Source: a virus (Duplodnaviria; Caudoviricetes). Taken from it: DNA of 51,383 nt. The stretch covers positions 1 through 51,383 of IMG/VR virus record IMGVR_UViG_3300037309_000103. One strand, written 5' to 3'. Numbering within the stretch: position 1 is the stretch's first letter; each line of letters begins with the position of its first letter. The notes under the pieces were generated by a model. It was not told the DNA's origin. It did not search any database and saw only the letters and a program-made list of their open reading frames with translations. The position numbers were made by a program, and so were the translations under genes. Below are positions 26,581 to 35,316 of this stretch, in pieces.

Positions 26581-27506
26581 CAGCCAGTCCCGCACGTCGC
26601 CGTGCCGACTCTCCCCACCACGACGGCCGACGCCGCGGTCGCAAGCTCGCACGCCTCCCGCAGTCGCAGTCCCTCCCCGATCGCCGTGGCGATCGCCGCC
26701 GCGACGGTATCCCCCGCCCCGGTCACGTCGAACACCTCGCGGGCCAGGGTCGGGACGTGGAAGGGGTCGCGGCCCGCCTCGAACAGTGTCATCCCGTTGG
26801 CCCCGCGGGTGATGAGCACCGACGAGCCCGACCCGAGCACGCCCCGCAGCTCGGCCGCTGCCCGACACACGTCGGCGTCGGTTCGCAGGTCGCGGCCGAC
26901 CGCCCGCGACGCCTCGGCCAGATTCGGCTTCACCAGCGTCGCGCCGCGGTACTTGGCGTAGTCCGTCCCCTTCGGATCGACGACCACCGGCACCCCGGCC
27001 CACGTCGCACGCCGGATGACCGCGGGAGCCAGCGACGGCGTGACGACGCCCTTGCCGTAGTCGGATATCACGCACGCTCGGACCCGCGCAAGGGCGACCG
27101 TCGCGACAGCCAAGAGCCTGGCTTCCACCTCGGCCGACACCGGGGCGGTTGACTCCGCGTCCACGCGCACGACGTGCTTGCCCCCAGCGAACACGCGGGT
27201 CTTCACCGTGGTCGGGCGGCTCGTGTCGGCAACCAAGTCGGCGCGGCTGCCCGACCTTGCACGGAGCCGGTCTCCGGCCCCGTCGTCGCCGACGACGCCG
27301 AGCAGGATCGGGACACCCCCGAGCGCCGCCACGTTCGCGGCGACGTTCGCGGCCCCGCCCGGTACCGAGCGGACATCGCTCGCCTCGACGACTGGGACGG
27401 GGGCTTCCGGCGACAGCCGCCGGCTGACGCCGCGGACCTCCTCGTCGAGCATCACGTCGCCGATGACGAGTATCGGGCAGCCGCGGAACGTTGCCTCGCG
27501 ATTCAT
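26532..27506 (-). CDS. hldA: D-glycero-D-manno-heptose-7-phosphate kinase (HldA / RfaE domain I)
   Basis: VIGDVMLD, RLSPEAPVPVV, PGGAANVA, ISDYGKG, VDPKG, VFDVTGAGDT. Confidence 0.9.
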   Translation of the reverse strand: MNREATFRGCPILVIGDVMLDEEVRGVSRRLSPEAPVPVVEASDVRSVPGGAANVAANVAALGGVPILLGVVGDDGAGDRLRARSGSRADLVADTSRPTTVKTRVFAGGKHVVRVDAESTAPVSAEVEARLLAVATVALARVRACVISDYGKGVVTPSLAPAVIRRATWAGVPVVVDPKGTDYAKYRGATLVKPNLAEASRAVGRDLRTDADVCRAAAELRGVLGSGSSVLITRGANGMTLFEAGRDPFHVPTLAREVFDVTGAGDTVAAAIATAIGEGLRLREACELATAASAVVVGRVGTATCGTGCQPHLSANAAAARVAV

Positions 27507-27585
27507 GGACACCTCACCCCCTTGCCGCAACGCCCGCCGAGCTGTGAAATCCCCGGCGGTCCCACTCACCCGTCCGGAGTTGCCC

Positions 27586-27783
27586 GTGGAACGCGACCTT
27601 CTGGAAAAGCTGCTGACCGCCCAGGTGCTGACCCTCGCACACGCCATTGATGCGGCATCGAACACGCAAACCCACCTCAGTTCGCGTATCCGTGAGGCCG
27701 TTCGACTGGTCAACAGGTGGCAGCCGGACGTGGCGGATTTGTTGCGTGATACGCCGCCTCCTTCGCCGACTCCCGACGAGTAG
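27586..27783 (+). CDS. Small hypothetical protein (opposite strand)
   Basis: GGAG RBS + GTG; VERDLLEKLLTAQVLTLA... Confidence 0.45.
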   Translation: MERDLLEKLLTAQVLTLAHAIDAASNTQTHLSSRIREAVRLVNRWQPDVADLLRDTPPPSPTPDE

Positions 27784-28000
27784 CCTCCCGCATCTTCTCG
27801 ATTCGAGGGGAGTCCGACTTGAAGATCGTCCCTCCCAGGACGATCCGCTTCGCAACGCCTTCGAGGACGTGGACGGCGTCTGAGACGGGCAGCCCGTCGA
27901 GAAGGTCGACGACCTTCAGTGCGATCTCCGCTGCTTGGGCCTCGTCAAGGTGTGCCACGGGGCCAGAGTTGTTCCGCCCCGTCTTTGCGATGTCACTCAC
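27710..28000 (-). CDS. Small hypothetical protein
   Basis: GTG start downstream of the promoter motif; EIALKVVDLLDGLPVSDAVHVL. Confidence 0.45.
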   Translation of the reverse strand: MSDIAKTGRNNSGPVAHLDEAQAAEIALKVVDLLDGLPVSDAVHVLEGVAKRIVLGGTIFKSDSPRIEKMREATRRESAKEAAYHATNPPRPAATC

Positions 28001-28022
28001 TGTTCTTCCCCCAAGGATGGTT

Positions 28023-28047
28023 ATCATGCCGTCGTCGGTTGCCTGAC
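28023..28047 (-). promoter_or_regulatory. Late-type promoter upstream of the hldA/GT9 genes
   Basis: GTCAGGCAACC-N8-CATGAT. Confidence 0.65.
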
Positions 28048-28056
28048 CCGGCCGCC

Positions 28057-29823
28057 TCAGACCCTTCCGATCACCGCCAGGATCGCTTCCGCCGCCGCCT
28101 CCGGGCGGATGTCCGCCAGGCACTTCGGCACCGCATCCCCGCCCGCGTCAACCACGGGCAGGGAGCAGACGCTCCCGTCCTGCTCGGCACCATCACCCAG
28201 CTTGACCGTGCGAGACCGCCAGCACGACCGGTCGCGGCAGCACGGATAGCGGCCGATCGAGTGCAGCGTGGTTTGCATCGGGTACTGCAACCACTGCACC
28301 GGCTCGCGGCCACCCGCTACGCACACGTACAGTTTGCGGTGGGCGGCGAACAGGTGCTGCAGGAACGTGCTCGGCCCGATCCCGGCCGCGGCGTGGTACG
28401 TCAGCCGGACAAGTTGTCGCGTGTCGGTCTTCCCGCGCAGGTCGATCACTCCCGCCAGCGGCGGGTGGTGGTGCGACTGGTCCCCGACCTGGACGCAGCG
28501 GACCCGAGGCCGAAGGAGATCGACGACCCGCTGGTAAAACGCCGTCCCCGCCCACTTCGCGGTGAAGTCCGCCTTCCGGCCGGCGTTGACGACCACGTAC
28601 GGCGATCCGTCGCCGGTCAGTTCCTGCACCTGCGACATCCAACCCTTCTCCTGGGCCGACAGGTATACCCGCGGGGCGTTGACCAAGAGGGGCACCGGCA
28701 CGCCGATCTGCTGTTCGAGAAACTCGCAATACGCCTGCATGAAGTGGATGCCGCGCGAGTCGCTCTGCGAGATCGCCGGGTACTGCATGTCGATCGTCAT
28801 CATCAGCCCCGGCCGCGACCGTTCGAGCGGCGAGATCTGGTGAACGTGGGGGTGGTTCTCGAACAGCGAGTTGACGGGCGTCCGCACTGCAGTGAGGAAG
28901 CGGCCGGGATGGGCAGCGTGCAGCGAGGCAATCGCCGCCTCCATGACGAGGCAGTCCCCCGGACTGAGCCGGTTCACCAGTTCGAGCACCTTGACGTCGG
29001 GGGTGTCATCCTCCGCCCTCCGGTGCCTGCAGTCGTCGCAGTGCGCCACGCCCTCGACCTTCTCCCCCGGCACGCACGTCCCGAACACCTCGCAGCCGTA
29101 GACCCAGCAGCGGGTGCAGCCGCGACCGCGGCGGTCCTGGACCGTGTCGACGAAGTGGCGACAGGGGGCGGGCGGCGGCTCGGGCGTGACCTCGACCATG
29201 AACAGTTTCGTGGGCTGTGGGGTCGAACCGCCGAACCGCCGCAACTCAGGTTTGACAATGTCTTCGGCTTCCTTCTTCACCGGCAGGGCCGCGAAACCTG
29301 CAAGCTTTTTGACGTACTCGCTGGGGTCTGCGACCTCGTCGAAGTGCAGCCGAATGACACGCTTCGGCGGAATCGCTGCCGCCAACGCCGCTGCCTGAGC
29401 CCGCGTCTCGGCGACGTACCGCTCGCAGAACCCCGGCCCATCCTGTCGCTCCCCACGCCGGGCCAGCAAGCTGTCCTTGCTCTCAGCCGGGTCGCGGTCG
29501 CACAGCACGACCCGCACGTCGAGCAGCAGCGGCAGCACTTGTTCCCACACCGCGAGCAGGGCGTGGCACTTCAAGGCCCACCGGCCCCCGGTCTCCTTCT
29601 CGCGGGCTGCGATGAGCGACTCGTACTCCGCACGGTGCGGGGCGATCCCCTGGTGACGGATCATCAGGTGCAGGTGCCGAAAATCGGGGTCGGCGAACGA
29701 ACCCAGCGGATTCCATTCGTCGGCGTCGAACCCAGCGCCGGGACCGGCAGACACCCCCAGTCGGTGGAGCACGCCGGCCGCGACACTGGTTCCGCCGCGG
29801 GCCTGTCCAATAACAAGAATCAT
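28057..29823 (-). CDS. Sulfotransferase-like + Cys-rich + GT9-like glycosyltransferase fusion
   Basis: ILVIGQARGGTS...NPLGSF...WALK; RLSPGDCLVM, FENHPHV, VIDLRGKTDTRQLVRL; C-terminal CC..SCW...C...KC. Confidence 0.75.
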   Translation of the reverse strand: MILVIGQARGGTSVAAGVLHRLGVSAGPGAGFDADEWNPLGSFADPDFRHLHLMIRHQGIAPHRAEYESLIAAREKETGGRWALKCHALLAVWEQVLPLLLDVRVVLCDRDPAESKDSLLARRGERQDGPGFCERYVAETRAQAAALAAAIPPKRVIRLHFDEVADPSEYVKKLAGFAALPVKKEAEDIVKPELRRFGGSTPQPTKLFMVEVTPEPPPAPCRHFVDTVQDRRGRGCTRCWVYGCEVFGTCVPGEKVEGVAHCDDCRHRRAEDDTPDVKVLELVNRLSPGDCLVMEAAIASLHAAHPGRFLTAVRTPVNSLFENHPHVHQISPLERSRPGLMMTIDMQYPAISQSDSRGIHFMQAYCEFLEQQIGVPVPLLVNAPRVYLSAQEKGWMSQVQELTGDGSPYVVVNAGRKADFTAKWAGTAFYQRVVDLLRPRVRCVQVGDQSHHHPPLAGVIDLRGKTDTRQLVRLTYHAAAGIGPSTFLQHLFAAHRKLYVCVAGGREPVQWLQYPMQTTLHSIGRYPCCRDRSCWRSRTVKLGDGAEQDGSVCSLPVVDAGGDAVPKCLADIRPEAAAEAILAVIGRV

Positions 29824-30578
29824 GGCAGCGTCTCGATGACCCAGGTAATGGTTTCGCCGGCACACCCTGGACAACCTGCGGTCACCGTCAGAACGCCAGA
29901 GATCACCCAGCGGTAGTGCCCGCCGCCGAGGTCGTAGACGGTCGCGGTGTAGAACCCGGTGGCGCAGTTTGAGAACGCTCCGGAAACGAACGCGAGATTG
30001 CTGGTCCAGACGTCTCCGCCGCATTGCAACACCACAGCGAATCGCCCTGACGCGCTGCACGGCGGGGCGATCGCGGGACTTCGCCTCCAGTGGTCGAACT
30101 TAAGGTCATAGGCCATTGCCCCCAGCCCGAATGCGGGGAGGCAGGCTTCGCACCCCGTGACCGATTTCAAGTAAACGGTCGGGTTCGTCGTCCCGGTTAC
30201 TGTCGAGCAGGGCAGCGTGATCGGGATCAGCCCACCGGAACTGCCGGACCCGCTGCCAGACGAGTCCGAGCTTGATGCACTCCCGCTTGACGACGACGAA
30301 CTCGACGACACGGCACTCGACGACGACCCTTCCGACAGTGAACCGCTGCTGCTCGAAGTGGACTCGCTCGAAGACGATCCACTCGACGAGCTTTCTGATC
30401 CCTGCGAGCTACTCATTGACTCGGAGGCTGAGCCTGACGAAGACCCCGAGCTGTCCGACGCTGATGCCGATGCCGACGCCGACGACCCGGACGCCGAGCC
30501 CTTCGACGCCGACGACCCGCTGCCGCTGGACGAGCCGGGGCAGCAGGGGCAGTTTGGGTACTCGCGGACCTCGGTCAC
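29820..30578 (-). CDS. Poly-serine tail-associated protein
   Basis: CPCC N-terminus, ~100-residue Ser/Gly/Ala tract, Cys-containing C-terminal domain; last gene of the tail module. Confidence 0.7.
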   Translation of the reverse strand: MTEVREYPNCPCCPGSSSGSGSSASKGSASGSSASASASASDSSGSSSGSASESMSSSQGSESSSSGSSSSESTSSSSGSLSEGSSSSAVSSSSSSSSGSASSSDSSGSGSGSSGGLIPITLPCSTVTGTTNPTVYLKSVTGCEACLPAFGLGAMAYDLKFDHWRRSPAIAPPCSASGRFAVVLQCGGDVWTSNLAFVSGAFSNCATGFYTATVYDLGGGHYRWVISGVLTVTAGCPGCAGETITWVIETLP

Positions 30579-30581
30579 ACA

Positions 30582-31118
30582 TCACCCCAGGTTCAGGGTG
30601 ATCGGGTACCGGCGGCCGCCGATCGTGACGTACCCGGATAGCGTCTGACGGGTCACGAGCAGCGAGCCGTCACAGGTCGTATCGCTGACGACCGTGACGG
30701 ACCCGCCGCCGCCAGACCCGCTGGACGACGACTCGGTGGGGTTAGTAGTGAAGTCGCGGAGGGCGTTCACCACCCCGTTGACCGCACCGCCGAGGATGGT
30801 GAATCCCGCCTTGTTCTTCCTCGCCGTCCACGAACCCACTGCAGCGCCCCAGGTCTCGCCGGCGGCGGGCTCGCCGTCGTCCTGCTCGTACGCGATCTCG
30901 TGCCGCAAGTCGTAGGTCGCCACGGACCGGCCGCCGACCGGAACCTGAGTCGCCCCGACGATGAGCACGCGGGGGTCGCCGTCGGTCGTAGGCTTGGCCA
31001 CGCTCAAGAAGCCCGTCGCCGCGTCCACGCCGGTCGCGCGGACGAGCGAGTTCGCGGGTATGATCTCCCCCGAGTCGTTGACGATCGGCAGCCAGTTCTG
31101 GGACATGTCACCCGTCAT
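30582..31118 (-). CDS. Tail tip-associated protein
   Basis: ATGA coupling to the upstream tail gene; VNDSGEIIPANS motif; ESSSSGSGGGG linker. Confidence 0.6.
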   Translation of the reverse strand: MTGDMSQNWLPIVNDSGEIIPANSLVRATGVDAATGFLSVAKPTTDGDPRVLIVGATQVPVGGRSVATYDLRHEIAYEQDDGEPAAGETWGAAVGSWTARKNKAGFTILGGAVNGVVNALRDFTTNPTESSSSGSGGGGSVTVVSDTTCDGSLLVTRQTLSGYVTIGGRRYPITLNLG

Positions 31119-33292
31119 GTGAGCCCTCGGGCGCGGATCCTGACTGCGTCCGACGGCGACACCTGGCCGCCGCGGTCGGTCAGGTTGGCCAGCGCCGCCT
31201 GTGCGTTCGGGCTGAGGTTCTCGACCCGCCGCCGGGCCGGATACGGCGGGATGACCGAGCTGTGCTCGGCGTTCAGGCTCGCGGTCGTCGCGCACCCGCC
31301 CGGCCCAATCTCCCACGTCACCTGCTGAACGGACCCGTCCGGCTCGACCGGGTAGAGGCCGATGAACCGCCGGGTCTCGCCGCCGACGACCTGGTAGCGG
31401 TTGGCCATTGCCGTGAGGTAGGTGTCCGCCCGCTGGGTCGCGTCCCCGAAGTCGAGCACGTCCCACTTCTTGACCGCGTTCAGGTCCTCGTACCGTGCGG
31501 CGAGGGCGTACTCCACGTCGTCGAATACCCGCCACTCGACGTCGGCGTTGCCGCCCACGGGCTTCGTGCGGGTCGCCCGCCAGAAGGCCGACGTGTCGGG
31601 GTACTGGATCAGGCACGCGGTTTCGAGCACGAGCGACTGCGGCCGTAGCACCGTGCCGCCCGCCCCGCGGTAGTAGACGGGCTCGGCGAAGACGATCATC
31701 TGCTCGACCGGGTCGACTTCGAACGGGACGAACACCTTTTTGTCGACGGGGGTGTTCGCGAGCGGGTTGTTGCCGCCCGCCGCGTCGCCGTCCCCCTCGA
31801 CGAGCCAGAACGCCGCCCCGATCGTCTTCGCGACCGACCCGGACACGGTCGCCGCCTGGTCGCGGGAGTATCCGTTGTAGAACTCGGGGATCACGCCCCC
31901 GACACCCTGAACCCTCGCGCGAATGAGGTTTCCGTCCTTGTCCCGCGGCTCCGGCACGACCTGGTCGACCTTCGTTGGCTGCAAGACGATCTGCTGCCGA
32001 CGCTTGAGCACGCCGAAGCCCGGCACGGCGAGTTCCTTGCCGCGGGGGTCGGTCATCGCGATCCGGTAGCACCGCCAGACCGAGTTGACAGCCTTTTGAC
32101 GGGCCTCGTAGAAGTTGAGCCGTTCCGTCGCCTGCACGTCGTAGTGCTGGCCCGGTACGCTCGTCGCCCACGATCGCCCCTGGTTGATTGCAGGCTGAAT
32201 CCCCTCGACGGTCGCCTCGGCTCCGGGGTCGGTCACGGACGCGGTCACCGTGAACTCGACGAACCCCAGCCCGGTCAGCCGGAGGACTTCCGGGTCGGCC
32301 GTCGCCGCCGCCTTGCACACCGTGTTCAGTTCGGCGTTCGCGTTGACCTGGGTGATCGCGCTCGCGATCGCCGCCGCGCCGGTCCCGCTTGGGTACAGAA
32401 ACTGGTCGTTGACGAAGAGCTTGAAGGTGACGACCGCGTCGGAGGTAAACGTCACGTCGGTGATCTGGTTCTGCCGTGTCGACGCCGGCGCGTAGCTCAA
32501 CTGGTCGATCGGCAGGTAGCTCCCGTCCCACTCCTCGCCGACCGGGACGAGTTGGAACCGCATCTGCACCCGGATCGGAGCCCCGATCACCCCGACCGCG
32601 GACGGGGCATCGGGCGGGTCGAGGCTCGGCGAGACGGACTCAGCGCCCCACGCCTCGGGCCACGACGATCGACCCGTCCCCGGCTGCAGGATCGCAACGC
32701 GGTTCGTGATCGGCTGAAACACGACGCGGCGACCGTAGCGGTCCGCGAGCCGGGCGAGGGCCTCGGCGGGCGGGACGCCGACCCACTCCGTCTGCGGGTT
32801 GCTCAGCGCCTGCGGGAAGTTCTCGCCGAGCCGGAGGAACCGGTCGAGGTTCACGCCCGCCTGCGCGGGCAGGCCGGGCGGCAGGTCGACGACGAAGTCC
32901 CGCTCGCCCATCGCCCGGAGGCAGAGGCGGGCTAACTCGGTCGGGCTGCGGATCGACCACGGGACGAGCTTGCCGCGGGTGTCCTTCTGGTTGTAGTTCC
33001 CGCTGATCTGGCCGAACACCCACCGCCACCGCCGGTCGAGGATTTCCAGCCGCCAGACCGTACCCGACCCGTCCGTGTTGCTGGTGATCCGGTCGACGGT
33101 GCAGTCCCGCAGCCGGATGATCCCGTTCGTCCGGTCGGAGAACACGAGGTCGCCGGCCATCGCCGGCGCGTCAACTTGTGGCAGCGTGATCAGCACAAAC
33201 GTGGACGGCCGGATGCCGTGCGAGATTGTCCCCGTCATCGAGGCGATCCCGAGCACGCCCGGCCAACTGACGTCTTGGTACTGGTCCGGCAC
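31115..33292 (-). CDS. Large tail tip/hub protein
   Basis: 725 aa downstream of the tape measure gene; ILDRRWRW motif; function assigned from position. Confidence 0.6.
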   Translation of the reverse strand: MPDQYQDVSWPGVLGIASMTGTISHGIRPSTFVLITLPQVDAPAMAGDLVFSDRTNGIIRLRDCTVDRITSNTDGSGTVWRLEILDRRWRWVFGQISGNYNQKDTRGKLVPWSIRSPTELARLCLRAMGERDFVVDLPPGLPAQAGVNLDRFLRLGENFPQALSNPQTEWVGVPPAEALARLADRYGRRVVFQPITNRVAILQPGTGRSSWPEAWGAESVSPSLDPPDAPSAVGVIGAPIRVQMRFQLVPVGEEWDGSYLPIDQLSYAPASTRQNQITDVTFTSDAVVTFKLFVNDQFLYPSGTGAAAIASAITQVNANAELNTVCKAAATADPEVLRLTGLGFVEFTVTASVTDPGAEATVEGIQPAINQGRSWATSVPGQHYDVQATERLNFYEARQKAVNSVWRCYRIAMTDPRGKELAVPGFGVLKRRQQIVLQPTKVDQVVPEPRDKDGNLIRARVQGVGGVIPEFYNGYSRDQAATVSGSVAKTIGAAFWLVEGDGDAAGGNNPLANTPVDKKVFVPFEVDPVEQMIVFAEPVYYRGAGGTVLRPQSLVLETACLIQYPDTSAFWRATRTKPVGGNADVEWRVFDDVEYALAARYEDLNAVKKWDVLDFGDATQRADTYLTAMANRYQVVGGETRRFIGLYPVEPDGSVQQVTWEIGPGGCATTASLNAEHSSVIPPYPARRRVENLSPNAQAALANLTDRGGQVSPSDAVRIRARGLT

Positions 33293-33295
33293 CGG

Positions 33296-34528
33296 TCACG
33301 TCCTCTGGATCGTCATCGACTGGCCGAGCACGCTCGCGGCCAGTGAGACGGCGTCGAACGTCGCGGGGTTGGTGAAGGTGACGGACTTCGCCGGGTCCTG
33401 CAGGCTCGCGCCGCCCGTGAAGCTGCTGTCCGTGAACGTCCGCGAGCGGGGGTCCGCGGTGCAGTCGCACTTGGCGGAAGGCCCGGCGAACGTTGCCTGG
33501 GTGGTGGTCCCGGTCGTCCGGTACACCACGGTCCCGCCGCGGCACGTGACGTTCGTCAGCGTCCCGGCCTCCTGGGTGTGGGTGCCGCCGATCATGTTCA
33601 GTTGGGGAACCGTGACGAGGGAGTTGCAAGTGCCGGAGTTGAGCGACACGGATGTGCCGACCGTCGTCCCGGCCCCGAGCTGCACGGCCGGCGTGCCCCC
33701 GCCACCGCCGATCACCACCGTTGAGAACTCGGCCGTCTCGCTGAACCCGGCCGCGACCGCGACGTTGCCGTCGAGCACGGTCAGGGTGTTGTTCCCGGCC
33801 GAGTTCCAGAGCATGACCGGGGCCGGGGCGTCCGACGGGTTCGGGCCGGTCTTCTCGACGACGACCGCGCACGTGCCGGTGCCGACCTTCAGGCGGAGCA
33901 GGCTCGAGCCCGACCCCTCCCCCTCGCCGATCGTCACGACGGGGTTGCCGCCGAGGGCCAGGGCCGTCGTCCGGTACTCGACGTAACCGGCCGGGTTGAT
34001 GTCGGGCAGTCCGATCGTGCCGGTGAAGCTCGCGAACACGCGGGCCGAGGCGAGACTGACGCCGGACAGGGCGGTGAGGCCGTAGAGGATCGGGGAGGAA
34101 GTCTCTTGGATCACCAGGTCGTCGCCGTTCACCGGCACCGAGTTCGGGGAGTAGTTCGCGGCCACCGATGCGTCGTTTGGGCCGCTCGACGCTGTCGAGG
34201 TGGCCGTGACGAGCGTGCCGGTGCCGGTCGCGCCCGAGGTGTTCGTGAACGGGACGCCGGCGGTCGCCGCGGTGCCGGTGACGACCGATCCGGAGCCGGG
34301 GTAGGTCCAGGTGACTTCCTGGAACTCGGCGAACGTCGACGCGGCGAGGGTCGCTTGCAGCGATTCCGCGATGGTGGCGTTCGTGTCCGTGCCGGTCGCG
34401 GTGTACGTCACGATCTTGCGGTTGATCGTGACGGTGTACACCTGCCCGTTCGCCGGAGTGCCGCCGACGGTGACGGTGTTGACCTGGGCGACGGGTTGGG
34501 CGTCGCCCAGCCAGTAACTCGTTGCCAC
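33296..34528 (-). CDS. Minor tail protein (beta-rich)
   Basis: T/G-rich, QVNTVTVGG...YTVTIN; lies in the tail module. Confidence 0.6.
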   Translation of the reverse strand: MATSYWLGDAQPVAQVNTVTVGGTPANGQVYTVTINRKIVTYTATGTDTNATIAESLQATLAASTFAEFQEVTWTYPGSGSVVTGTAATAGVPFTNTSGATGTGTLVTATSTASSGPNDASVAANYSPNSVPVNGDDLVIQETSSPILYGLTALSGVSLASARVFASFTGTIGLPDINPAGYVEYRTTALALGGNPVVTIGEGEGSGSSLLRLKVGTGTCAVVVEKTGPNPSDAPAPVMLWNSAGNNTLTVLDGNVAVAAGFSETAEFSTVVIGGGGGTPAVQLGAGTTVGTSVSLNSGTCNSLVTVPQLNMIGGTHTQEAGTLTNVTCRGGTVVYRTTGTTTQATFAGPSAKCDCTADPRSRTFTDSSFTGGASLQDPAKSVTFTNPATFDAVSLAASVLGQSMTIQRT

Positions 34529-34535
34529 GTCGGCC

Positions 34536-35264
34536 TCACAGCGGGGGGATGGTGGGCAGCCCGACGAGCGGGACCGCGGACTCGAACTCGTACCGCCAGG
34601 TGATCGGGAACTCCGCCAGCCCTCGTCCGACCCGGCGCGGGTTCGCGTTGACGACCTGCCGGCGGTCCACGTTCTCGAACGCCGGCCACTTCGGGGCGGG
34701 AGCCAGCGGGTACTGCAGGTGCCCGACCGACTGCCCTGCCTGAATGACGCGGCAAACGGTGCGGGGGTACACGACCTGTCGCTGAGGCAGTGGACCGTTG
34801 ACCGCGTTCTTGAACATCGTCATCGGGCCGCCGGTGCCGACGAACGTGAGCGACTCCTGAAACGCGAGCAGGTTGGCGGAATTGCCGTTCACCACCGTCT
34901 CGGCCTCGCCGGAGAACTCGAACGTCCGGGTCGTGACGTACTCACTCCCCATCGGGTCGGGGAAGTGCGGGCCGTCCGTGATCGACACGCCCGAGAGTGT
35001 GCTGCCGCTGCTCAGGCTCGTCGCGGAGACCGCCCCCGAGTCCTGGAGGAGCGACAGGTTCTGATAGGGAATGAGCAGCGCGGCGCGCATCTGGTTTTCG
35101 AGCAGGGTGAGTGCCGCCTGGCCGTCCCCCGTGAGGTAGCCGCGGCAGTTGATCGCCGTGCGGACGCGGATCGTCCGGCCGGCGTAGTCGAGCACCGGCG
35201 ACGTGCGGGACGTCACCGCCACACCGTTGACGGGAAACCGGTACGCGCCGTAGACGAGTTGCAC
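34536..35264 (-). CDS. Distal tail-like protein
   Basis: 242 aa directly after the tape measure gene; GGAGG RBS. Confidence 0.55.
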   Translation of the reverse strand: MQLVYGAYRFPVNGVAVTSRTSPVLDYAGRTIRVRTAINCRGYLTGDGQAALTLLENQMRAALLIPYQNLSLLQDSGAVSATSLSSGSTLSGVSITDGPHFPDPMGSEYVTTRTFEFSGEAETVVNGNSANLLAFQESLTFVGTGGPMTMFKNAVNGPLPQRQVVYPRTVCRVIQAGQSVGHLQYPLAPAPKWPAFENVDRRQVVNANPRRVGRGLAEFPITWRYEFESAVPLVGLPTIPPL

Positions 35265-35287
35265 GCCGCACCTCCGTGGGTGCGGTC

Positions 35288-35312
35288 AGTGTGACACGGC
35301 CGGTTGCCTGAC
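35288..35312 (-). promoter_or_regulatory. Late-type promoter for tail tip genes
   Basis: GTCAGGCAACC-N8-CACACT. Confidence 0.7.
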
Positions 35313-35316
35313 GGGG

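Noticed and set aside
24715-27075. 786-aa ORF as a single protein (similar 5' over-extensions at 7891-9678, 30582-32531, 23067-24725, 3044-3865)
   Set aside because: The extensions overlap other real genes; internal starts with an RBS or translational coupling fit better
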